Of a stretch of DNA of 64,000 bases, positions 36,895 to 47,787 are shown one piece after another. The notes below the pieces were generated by a model. It made no database searches. It was not told the origin of the DNA and saw only the letters and a list, made by a program, of their open reading frames with translations. The stretch spans positions 29,202,001 to 29,266,000 of the forward strand of contig NC_086106.1 in assembly GCF_963921235.1 (NCBI RefSeq), given 5' to 3'. Position numbers and translations under genes: made by a program. The stretch is from Mobula hypostoma (taxonomy: Eukaryota). Every line of letters begins with the position of its first letter. The stretch's first letter is position 1.

Positions 36895-39800
36895 GGTTGC
36901 CGCGGAGAACCAGTGGTGCAGGCAGCAGCGATCAGACTAGCCAGCAGTATGAGAGAAGAGTCCATGATAGTTGTGAAAATAGGGGATAGTGAAGTGACTT
37001 GTCTGATCTATACCGGCGCTACCCTGTCTGCGGACCCTCCGCGGACGCGCAAGCTAACGGACGGTTGATTAGCACTATCGGGATAGCCGCTGTCCCGTTA
37101 ACGGAATCCCTTTCGGCGCCTACCTTGCTAACAATAGATAACGTGGATGTTACTGACACCCTTATAATTTCTAAAGACAAGCCCCCTCCGCTTGTTCGGC
37201 AGACAGGCTCTCTGTAAGCTAGGTTCTTGTACTGTCGACCTGATGGCATTTACATGGATCTCCCGCAAATTCGGGTCCCGCAGACTTTAAAACTCACTAG
37301 AGGAGTGGATAATTGTCCTGATATTCCGGTATCGTACTGCTGGGAACTGGATTGCAACCCTTATTCCCCGCTCATACAGCTATGCACAGCCCTGAGGGAT
37401 TCAACTGACTTGCAAGGACAGTATTTGCAATAACCATATAACAATTACAGCACGGAAACAGGCCATCTCGACCCTTCTAGTCCGTGCCGAACTCTTACTC
37501 TCACCGAGTCCCACCGACCTGCACTCAGCCCATAACCATCCATTCCTTTCCTGTCCATATATCTACCCAATTTAACTTTAAATGACAACATCGAACCTGC
37601 CTCAACCACTTCTGCTGGAAGCTCGTTCCACACAGCTACCACTCTCTGAGTAAAGAAGTTCCCCCTCATGTTACCCCTAAACTTTTGCCCTTTAACTCTC
37701 AACTCGTGTCCTCTTGTTTGAATCTCCCCCTCCTCAGCCCCTTCCTTTTTCCCTTTCCCATTGTGACTGCAGATATGCCAACAGATCCGAATCCGCTGTA
37801 CAAACCCGTGTCCTTCTTTGACGCAGAAGTCACAGACACCCCCAATTCGCCACCCGCTTCCTAATCTGCACTCGCAGCCCATGACGGTGACAACTGTTTC
37901 CAACTCTGGGGCTTATACCTCCTCGAAACCAGCCGGGAAAGCAAGGTGCTTCGCCACACCGCTTTCTACGGGCAGGGCGCAGGTCCCACCTATAATCAGC
38001 AGGAAACCTCTTATGTCGGAGGCACGGAGACCTTGAGATCCGAACCCCGTCTGTTCTTCGACCGTGATGGGCTGGGAGTAGCAGTAAAACTAAACCACCA
38101 ACAACGAAACCGATGGAAAGCAGAGGGGCTCTCTTACAGAGGACCTGCGGACCCCCACCTCACAGTGGCCGTAAGGCCCCCCCCCAAACCAAAGGACCTA
38201 TGGTGCACCGTCTGCTGCAAATTTCGCGCCCAACCCATACAATCTCTATTCTAATCCCGGGCGCGGCTATGCTCGCCGTCGAATTCTTGATAGACAGGAA
38301 GAATTACCGTAAAACCTATCATGTTAAAGGCATTATTCCAGCGGCAGTGCCCTCCCCAGCCAGGGCCCCTGCTTTACCCGAAAGCGCTCCCCGGCGTTAA
38401 CACGGGACTGCGGGCCCAACACAAGAACCATGTCGGCATGGTGCGCACGGCACTAGAACAGCGGGTGAACCTCAAGAAGGGATCCCTCTTGCCCTGCGTG
38501 AAAGGCGCAGAGCCTGTAATACAGTCTCTCCTGCAACACAAAGGTTAAAATACAAAGTCCCTGCAAAACCCCCAATCTTCCGATTCCAAAACCTGGAAGG
38601 AAGAACGAATGGCGATTCGTGCAGGACCTAAGAGCAATAAATAAGATTGTTCTCCCCATTGCCCCACTGGTCCCCGATACCAACATCATCCTCACTTCTA
38701 TACCCGCCTCCGCCGGTACCTTCACCGTCAGAGACTTGTGTTCAGCGTTTTTCTCTGTACCTCTACATGCTGACAGCCAGTATCTATTCGCTTTCACCTG
38801 TAAGAACCAGCAGTATACTTGGTCCCGATTGCCACGAGGGTACACGGAGAGCCCAGCAGTGTATGCGGCGGCGTGAAGCGTGACCTGGATGAATGCCCCT
38901 TGTCCGATCATTCCACCCTTATCCAACATACGGACGATATCCGGATAGCTTCGGACACGGGCCCTCGCTGCCCAGCTGATACAATTAAGGTGTTCCAGCA
39001 GCCGGCTGACAGGGGACACCGGGTTTCCCCGGAAAAGCTGCAGTGTTGCCAGGACACCGTGCAGAATCTGGGGTTCGGGCTGACGGAGGGAACGACAGGA
39101 CTGCGAAAAGGCCATATATTGGCTGTCCTGCACATCCCGATACCAAAGACAAAGAAGGAGATTCTTTCCTTCCTGGGAATGGTTGGGTTCTGTCGGCAGT
39201 GGATACCGGAGTATAGGGAATTGGGTGCTGTACTCCGGACGGCCACCCTGCAGGATCAGCCAGCAACTGTGCGATGGACTGACGAAAGGGATCGAGCATT
39301 TACAGCCCTGAAAGATGCCCCTCGTGAAGCGCCAGCCCTGGGCCTACCTGACTATGAAAGGCTTTTGCTGCTGTGCATTAACGAGAAGCAAGGATTCGCT
39401 ACCGGAGAGCTTTGCCAAGAATACGGGAGCGGCAAGCGGCCTCCTTACCTGCTGTAGTAGAGGGAATCGAATGCCCTCCTGCCGGCGAGCGGTGGCAGCC
39501 ACAGCGGCGATCGTCGAAAAATCCATCCCCATAGTGCTTGATCACCCCTGCACTGTGTTGGTACCCCGTGCCGTGACCGTGCTCCGCGATTCCGCCGCCA
39601 CCCGGGATTTTCCCCCGTGAGGTTGTAGATGCTTGGGCCCTGCCAAACGCAACGTCCACACTGGCAGCACAACTTTCCGGCCTCACTCGGGCAAGACTGC
39701 GAACATTTACACTGACTCCCCTACAGTTGGAAACGGGGGAGGGAGAGCTCCTCCCCTCCATCAGTATGGACAGATTGCGGCAAGCCCGAGATCTTGCCAC

Positions 39801-40612
39801 ACAGCAGGAAAAGCACGCGCGGACAAAAGCCGCTTGCAGCCGACCAGCGGGCATGGTGCCACCCTGACGCGCGTGTTTTTGCCCCTGGCTCGCTTGGCCC
39901 ATGGGCAAAGGAGGGATGCAGCATCGCCAGCAATGGTATGCCTCTAGAATAACTGTCACAACCGAAAGGGTCGCACGGACACACTTGACAAGGCAGCAGA
40001 ACAATAAAGGGAAGACTCCGGCAAAGAATGATCATTTGTCCCAGCCAGAAATGACGTTTGAAAACTTGCAGATAGACTTTGTGCATCTGCCAGTGGAGAA
40101 AGGCTACTAGCATATATTGGTGGTAATAGATATGTTCTCTCGGTGGTGGAGGCATACCCGGCCAGGAAGATGACGCTAGGACAGCAGCGAATGCCCCAAT
40201 GAAGGAAATCATACCAAGACTTGGGATTCCATTGTGCATCAATAGTGATCGAGGGACTTATTAGTGCAAGGGCTGAAAGACGCCCTGGGATTTCAGTGGA
40301 TGTTACACATCCCCTATCAACCTCAATCCTCGGGAAGGGTGGAAAGGGTAAATGGAGAAATAAAAACTGCACTAGGCAAAGCGTGTCAGCAGAATGACCT
40401 TAAATAGCTAGAGGCTTTGCCTCTGGCAATGTATGCTTAGCGAAACTGGAAGGAGTACGGGGCTCACTGCTCATGAAAGACCGATGGGTAGACCAATAAC
40501 AACGGGGCTGAAGCCCCCGATGACACTGGAGAGAGTAGCTTTGATCTGGAACGATGATAAAATATGCGCAAGCCCTGTGTCAGGAGGTGGAAAAGCTACA
40601 TGACCAACTGAG
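36895..40612 (+). pseudogene. ERV pro-pol (decayed, RNase H region largely deleted)
   Basis: Protease CLIYTGATLS; RT motifs VQDLRAINK, DLCSAFFSVPL, YTWSRLPRGYTESP, HTDD, FLGMVGFCRQWIP; IN motifs LQIDFVHLP and PYQPQSSGRVERVNGEIK. Confidence 0.9.
37431..37730 (-). mobile_element. Young 5'-truncated CR1 inserted in the ERV
   Basis: Near-identical to 56808-57086 and 63066-63380 (taaccatataacaattacag...). Confidence 0.92.
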
Positions 40613-40614
40613 GT

Positions 40615-41163
40615 ATAGAAACATAGAAAATAGGTGCAGGAGTAGGCCATTCGGCCCTTCGAGCCTGCAGTGCCACTCAGTATGATCATGGCTGATCATC
40701 CAACTCAGAACCCTGTACCTGCCTTCCCTCCATACACCCTGATCCCTTTAGACACAAGGGCCATATCTAACTCCCTCTTAAATATAGCCAGTGAACTGGC
40801 CTCAGCTGTTTCCTGTGGCAGAGAATTCCACAGATTCACCACTCTCTGTGTAAAGAAGTTTTTCCTCATCTCGGTCCTAAAAGGCTCCCCTTTATCCTCA
40901 AACTGTGACCCCTCGTTCTGGACTTCCCCAACATCGGGAACAATCTTCCTGCATCTAGCCTGTCCAATCCCTTTAGAATTTTATACGTTTCAATCAGATC
41001 CCCCCTCAATCTTCTAAATTCCAACGAGTATAAACCTAGTCGATCCAGTCTTTCATCGTATGAAAGTCCTGCCATCCCAGGAATCAATCTGGTGAACATT
41101 CTTTGTACTCCCTCCATGGCAAGGATGCCTTTCCTCAGATTAGGGGACCAAAACTGCACACAA
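40615..41163 (-). mobile_element. CR1 3' fragment at the ERV IN/env deletion junction
   Basis: Tail atagaaacatagaaa; ORF encodes CVQFWSP..RLGLYSLEFRRLRGDLIETYK. Confidence 0.9.
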
Positions 41164-41880
41164 CAGGGGATGCTCACAATGCTTAAATTCCCCTGACCGA
41201 AGGAAATGTGCACCCCTTCAAACCAGGGGATTGGGTATATGTTCAAACAATGATAAAAGATTCTTTCTCTCCTAGGTGGAGCGGACCCTAGCAAATCCTG
41301 TTGGTCACTGGGCCTGCAGTGAAGGTAGAAGGAAGCCCCGAATAGATACACACCACTCAGCGCAAACGGCAGCATGCAAAAGGAAAGGAACAATAGACTT
41401 GAGTGAATAGCACCTGTTCAACTGCAGAGTACAGTGATAGGAGCCACACCATCACTAATCTTGCAGACCCCATAAAGAAATCAGTGACTAAAATAAAACA
41501 GGCAGGTGGGCAGTTCCACAACTATAACTCACCTGGGGGAGAGTGGTGGCCGCTTGGAAATTGGTGGGGAACGCTGATACATTATGTGATCATACTTGTA
41601 ATTGTGGTAATTTATGTCCTGGCCACGAGATTCCTCTGTGCCCTACCACCTTCCAGAGGACAGGGCCCGATAGCTCTAGCCCCCATGTATGTACAAAGAC
41701 CAACTGGAAGGCCTGGAACCTCTAGGGAATGGAGGAGGAAGAGGATAGTAGTGATAGCTATGATGAGGAGGAGTGTCTGAAAATGCGCCCCTTTCCTGAG
41801 GGTTATGAGGCCCCCGTCCAAGAGATAGTCTCAATGAGAGAATATGAATGTGAACAGGGCAAACGATATGAGTGTTGATC
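41164..41880 (+). pseudogene. ERV env C-terminal remnant (membrane anchor and tail) and 3' UTR
   Basis: ORF 41403..41780 encodes WWPLGNWWGTLIHYVIILVIVVIYVL, a hydrophobic anchor just upstream of the PPT. Confidence 0.7.
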
Positions 41881-41903
41881 TAGAAGATCAACAAGGAGGG
41901 ATT

Positions 41904-42284
41904 TGTGGAGGAAAAGGGTTAATAAGCTATGTGACTAGGGACAGTGGACACTGCAAAGCAAAGTCCCTTGAATGCATATAGGAAACAGTACGTGTTAACT
42001 CTTGCGAGATAAGGTACGAGTCTAATCTGCTGTGATCACAGAAACAAAAACTTAGGTGCTGAGCTCTGCAAGATAGTTTCACTTGTAACACTTCTTTCTC
42101 TCTAAGCTTTTTTTTCTAGTGAACGTTAACATACTGTTAGTGTGGTAATATTTCTATACAATGATCAGATATATTATAATAAGTCTGCTGTTACTGTGCT
42201 CAGCTGTATAAAAGGAAGCTATTGTAACAGGAGAGTAGAGTCGAGTGCCGGTGGAGACCATCCATCTATCTATCTATCTATCTA

Positions 42285-42336
<52 letters not shown>

Positions 42337-42437
42337 CCCTCCCCCCCCTCTCTCCTTGGTACCAAGTAAAACAAAGGTCCCAAAACGAGACTCAGGAGTT
42401 GAGCATTCTTTTCACCCAAGGTCAAATTTCCACGACT
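41904..42437 (+). repeat. ERV 3' LTR with an (atct)n(ct)n expansion at about 42260-42355
   Basis: Follows the PPT; homologous to the 5' LTR; ends ccacgact. Confidence 0.9.
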
Positions 42438-42787
42438 ATTTATCAAGATGCTATTAAGGGGTAGAGCACAGGGCTTGCCCTGAAGAAATGACAAAGTAGG
42501 AAATTACAAACTGTGGTATCAGTACTTGTAGTTCTTCATTGTCTATTTAGCCTGTGAATAATCAGTTTTTCTTCCAATATGTATTGGTGGCACAGACATA
42601 TACAGCAACAGCAGCAACAAGTTTTACAAAGGGATGGAAACAATGTCCTTTGAAAGGTTGCAATGTCACAATCGTAAACATGATTAGAGAGAGGAATAAC
42701 ATTGTCTCAGCTAGCAGTAAATGTGGTAACAAAGAAGAACCTGACAATCCAACGCAGTGATACAGATCAATACTTGTGGAAATATGT

Positions 42788-44390
42788 TGTTATCGTGTTA
42801 CAACTTTAAACCCTGCTGGTTTCCTTGGCTGAGAATACACACTCCAGTCCCACCAAACCCGTGAGACTGAGATCACTCTCCTAGCCCAAACCCCGGTTTG
42901 TGTGGATGCTGTGTAATTTGCTACCCTGTTACAACTCAGTGCCAAAAAATAACAGACAGTACACTGCATAAAGGAATTATACTTATGAATCTTAACTAAA
43001 GGGGAAAAAAAACAAAAAGAGACCTTTATAGTTAAACAATCAAATACTTTATACTTTATTGTCACCAAACAATTGATACTAGAGCGTACAATCATCACAG
43101 CGATATTTGATTCTGCTCTTCGTGCTCCCTGGAGTACAAATCGATAGTAAATATTAAAAAATTAAATATAAATCATAAATAGAAAATAGAAAAGGAAAAG
43201 TAAGGTAGTGCAAAAAACCGAGAGGCAGGTCTGGATATTTGGAGGGTACGGCCCAGATCCGGGTCAGGATCCATTCAGCAGTCTTATCACAGTTGGGAAG
43301 AAGCTGTTCCCAAACCTGGCCGTACGAGTCTTCAAGCTCCTGAGCCTTCTCCCGGAGGGAAGAGGGACGAAAGGTGTGTTGGCTGGGTGAGTCGTGTCCT
43401 TGATTATCCTGGTAGCACTGCTCGGACAGCGTGCGGTGTAAAGTGAGTCCAAGGATGGAAGATTGGTTTGTGTGATGTGCTGCGCCATGTTCACGATCTT
43501 CTGCAGCTTCTTTCGGTCTTGGATAGGACAACTTCCATACCAGGTTGTGATGCACCCCAGAAGAATGCTTTCTACAGTGCATCTATAAAAATTAGTGAGG
43601 GTTTTAGGGGACAGGCCAAGTTTCCTTAGCTTCCTGAGGAAGTAAATGCACTGGTGCTTCTCAAAATGTGCACATGTTCGAGAAGCACAAGAGAGCTGAT
43701 TTGCCCACTGCCCGGATAATCTCAACCTAACCTTATAGTGACACGCTCTTCATTCTCCCGGTCCATGAAATGCCAATAAAAAACGGCATGATACCCAAAA
43801 GGCAAGAGAGAACCAGTAAGTTAAACCCAAGCTGGGTCCACAGAAAACAAGTCACTAGTAAACTCAGTGACAGGTTGGAGTGATGCTGAATCCACAGTAA
43901 ACACTGTCAATGTAACCCATGCAATCCCAGGCATACAGATGCTAGATAATGATGTCTAAAAATATAATTACCCTTAGAATTACATGCCTTTCATTATCTT
44001 GGTCCATGGGATAAACACAAGCTGGGCCTGATCAATCCTGGCTGGGTCACTCTTCCCAAAATTCATATTCACCGATCCTCAGCCAATCTCAGCACCTGGC
44101 TCCATCAAATCACGGTCCCCCATTGGGAATCCTACAACTGGTTCTCTCCAGCATCTTCTCTCTTCATCTCCTGCTGAACAAAAAAAAACCCCAGACCAAC
44201 CTTAGTGCCCCTCATAAAACCTTTCCCTGCACTCTTCTCTCAAACCTTCTCCCACCTCCACAATCCTAATTTGATGACACACATTTGATTCCTCAGCATC
44301 CCTTATCTTTAACGATAACCCAAACAGACTGCTCTTACAGAACTGCTATAATGAAATACCTACAGCACAGCAGTGAAAATGTGAACACAC
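42788..44390. mobile_element. Degraded LTR-like element interrupted by Rex1
   Basis: tgttatcg..aaaccctgctggtttc start; noncoding; resumes after 43645. Family not certain. Confidence 0.4.
43045..43645 (-). mobile_element. Young Rex1/Babar 3' fragment
   Basis: ORF 43264..43725 encodes YFLRKLRK..FYRCTVESIL..PSGRRLRS..FFPTVIRLLN; (aaagtat)n tail. Confidence 0.92.
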
Positions 44391-45325
44391 TGATTCCTCA
44401 CTTGACTGCAGACACGTGCAAGTGTTCAACTTGACTCCACCTCAGATTCCGAGCTAGTGCAGAGTAATCCCCCAGAAGCTTTTCCAATATTTAATCATTG
44501 AACAGTTGGTTCATAAAATTGAGAAGTATCAAGAAGGAGTTTGGATTTTTACATACTAATCCACCTACTTGTTCTATTAAATGATATGCATCTAAAAATG
44601 GAGTTTATTTGGCTTCCTGTCATCAAAAAGGAGAATTTTGTGTTTGTCTTGGGGACTTAGTTAAGAATGGTGTGGCAGGTTTGTTTCTTATGATAATTGT
44701 TCTCTATTTATTTTGCCTGTCAATAACAGGACATTCCTGAAATTTGCTTTGGTGAATGATACTTATTCCACTGCTACTTCAAGCACATATTGCAAGAAGG
44801 GATCTTTAATTTGCAGTTTGATTAGCCCTGGTGTTTTGGTTTCCAATGTGCTGAGGGACTTACCTTTAGCTGGGCAAGCATTACCCAAACCAGTTGTAAA
44901 ACCACCTGTTGAACTGAAGGCACACATCAATGATACTGCTGAAGGCTTGCTTAGATATGTACCTCCTGTCCTTCCACCTATCCCTCATTTTACTGCAGAG
45001 TGGGATAGAGTTATTAACCAGAATTAACCTATTATTAGACAATGGGATGAACTATCCAAGACTAGTAAAGATTATATGGATTTTGCTTATGATTTTTTGC
45101 ATAATCCACCCTTTTGGAGTAAAGTTTGGACCTGGGGACTGAATATTTATGTACATCTTTGGATTTGTATTATTTCACATGTTATTATTGTTCTGCCTTT
45201 TGTTCTAATGATTATCCAATGTATTTTCCCAAACATTTTTGATGGCAACTTAACAACTTTGTGTTTTGTGCTAAATACCATTCCAAATCTCTTTTTGTTG
45301 ATTTTGTCTGACTTTATACCATGAT

Positions 45326-45974
45326 AGTCTATATATTGGCGAGACTCGACGCAGACTGGGAGATCATTTCACTGAACACCTATGCTCTGTCCACCAGAGA
45401 AAGCAGGATCTCCCAGTGGCCACACATTTTAATTCCACGTCCCATTCCCATTCTGAAATGTCTATCCACGGCCTCCTCTACTGTCAAGATGAAGCCACAC
45501 TCAGGTTGGAGGAACAACACCTTATATTCCGTCTGGGTAGCCTCCAACCTGATGGCATGAACATTGACTTCTCAAACTTCCGCTAATGCCCCACCTCCCC
45601 CTCGTACCCCATCCGTTATTTAGTTTTATACACACATTCTTTTTCTCCCTCTGTCCCTCTGACTATACCCTTTGCCCATCCTCTGGGTTTCCCCCCTCCC
45701 CCTTTTCTTTCTCCCTGGGCCTCCTGTCCCATGATCCTCTCATACCCCTTTTGCCAATCAACTGTCCAGCTCTTGGCTCCATCCCTCCCCCTCCTGTCTT
45801 CTCCTATCATTTTGGATCTCCCCTTCCCCCTCCCACTTTCAAATCTCTTAATCTCTTACTAGCTCTTCTTTCAGTTAGTCCTGAGGAAGGGTCTCGGCCT
45901 GAAACGTCGACTGTACCTCTTCCTAGAGATGCTGCCTGGCCTGCTGCGTTCACCAGCAACTTTGATGCATGTTG
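45326..45974 (+). mobile_element. Young PLE 3' fragment (GIY-YIG end plus terminal repeat)
   Basis: 14-bp flanking direct repeat ctttataccatgat at 45312-45325 and 45975-45988; YIGETRRRLGDHFTEH and RLEEQHLIFRLG motifs. Confidence 0.92.
45877..45912 (+). ncRNA. Minimal type I hammerhead ribozyme
   Basis: AGTC-CTGAGGA-agggtctcggcct-GAAA-CG-TC-GACT: conserved core boxes, stem I AGTC/GACT, stem II hairpin, minimal stem III. Confidence 0.8.
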
Positions 45975-47787
45975 CTTTATACCATGATGTTGTCTTTCAG
46001 TATGATGTAATGGTACCTCATTATATTTTGTTAATTGCTTTGATATATGGTATGAATTCAGGTATATTTTATCATGTTTCTTTTATATGCTGTTGTACTG
46101 ATAATATTTTTAATTGTCTAGTGTTTTGATAAGACTTTTGTATCTATGTTTTATAGTCTGATAATCTGTAAGCATCTTTATCAGTCTTATTTGACATAGT
46201 CATGAATGCTGGTGCTCCTTTTGTACCGTATTCACTCATAGAATCAGTAGTGTAATCCCAAAATTTTCTGTGGATCAGAAGGAGAAAGATGTTGGCCATG
46301 GAGGAGTTAAAATAAGGAAGAAAACATCAAACTTGAATGGGTCAAGGACAGTGGAAACAGATAAACCAAATGACTTTGTTCTTGTCATGAGGTGGAAGGA
46401 ATGGAGCTGCAATTTTGTGAAGCTGCTCTGCATCCTCCATTTTGTGAACTGGAGTTGCTTGGCTTGATCAATGTTTTAAACTAGACACAATAATGATCCA
46501 AGTAATCTGCAGGACTAGAGATAATTTTCCAAATAAGAAGTTATTTGTGAGGTGTTCTTTGGTTAGGTATAACGTACAGGTTTGTGAATGGTGGGGGCTG
46601 TGTCTGGGCTGAGTGATTTGGGCTGGCTGCTGGTTTGGTAGCTGATTTGAAACAAAGAGGCATAAATTACCAGTTGTCGCTTGCAGAAGAGAGCAATAAA
46701 TGGATGCTGGCTTGGATCCATCAAGGTGTGTTAGGTCAGTCAAGATGACCGGTAGCCAATAACACTGAAATTTGAATTGGTAAGGAATGAATATAAAAAC
46801 AGAGGATTTGAATGTTAAATAGCTAACTTCACAGATTCATCATGACAAGGAACCCCCATGCCAGCAGCTCAAGGAAGAAGGATCAATTATCTGGCCAATA
46901 GAGATCCCCTATTTCAGTGGTATAAATTGGGGAAATGGTCTGAGTAGGTATTCTTACAGAGGGAACAGTAGAATTTGTGTTTTAAGTTGTTAGCCTGGGG
47001 TCAACATAATTACGTTGTTTGTGCTGAGACAATCAAGTGCATTTGATTTATTGAGAGTTGCATAGTGAGTTTCCTAACCTAGTTCCGTTGATGAATAGTC
47101 AACACCTTCCTGAGTTTATAATCCTACTATGTTCCATGGGAAAGAATCCAGCAGAGGGAATGTGTTATAAACAGAAAGAGTGGTGAGGGGTGGTAGGAGG
47201 AGAAATATTAGGTGCATTGAAGAAACTCCCAGATACACACGTGGATGGTAGAAAAAGAAAGGGCTACAAAAGGAGAGAAGGATTAGATTGCTTTTAAGAG
47301 TAGATTAAAAGGTTGGCACAACATCGTGCACCAAAGGACTGATAGTGTTCTATGTTCTATTCAGTCTATCTTTATAACTTAACTTTCAGTCCTGATATCA
47401 TCCATGTGATGATACAGGCTTGTTCATGCCCATCCCTTCAGCTTGTCGACATTCCCTCAATGTCTCCCCACATCCTCCTCAAACCCAGTTCATTCACACA
47501 GAACAGATCTATTTATAATCGATGCAGAATACAAATGTACCTGCAGTTCCAGGGGAAACAATCCAAATGTGCCCAGTAACCAGGGTCCAAACCTGGATGT
47601 GATCAACAGCAGCAATAACTGCAGAATTAGTTCCTTCAGTCACTTGTGAACTCACCACTGTCTCAGCAGCTGCCGTGTTTAAATGCCCTGCATACCTTTA
47701 AAATTTCCCTCCAGTGACAAGTGAGTTCATCGATGTCTACAGAGGTGAGATGACTGAATGATGTTCAACAGGGCAGGTGAATGGTCT

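Larger units (their letters stand above)
34159..42437 (+). mobile_element. Epsilon-like endogenous retrovirus, defective provirus (LTR-gag-pro-pol-partial env-LTR)
   Basis: Homologous LTRs, tRNA-Ser PBS, CAA-TAG-GGT gag/pol junction at 36889-36897, RT and IN motifs, PPT aaggaggga at 41893-41901. Confidence 0.92.
44400..47170 (+). mobile_element. Probable 3' half of a distinct retroelement: decayed membrane-glycoprotein (env-like) ORF, long 3' region, PPT-like tract and LTR start
   Basis: N-glycosylation sequons NRT and NDT; PFWSKVWTWGLNIYVHLWICIISHVIIVL TM-like segment; cagcagagggaa-tgtgttata at about 47149-47168. Confidence 0.45.

Noticed and set aside
37733-37903. Minus-strand CDFCVKEGH as a zinc knuckle
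   Set aside because: The CCHC spacing is incomplete and the ORF exists only by fusion to CR1 sequence; it is more likely plus-strand ERV spacer.
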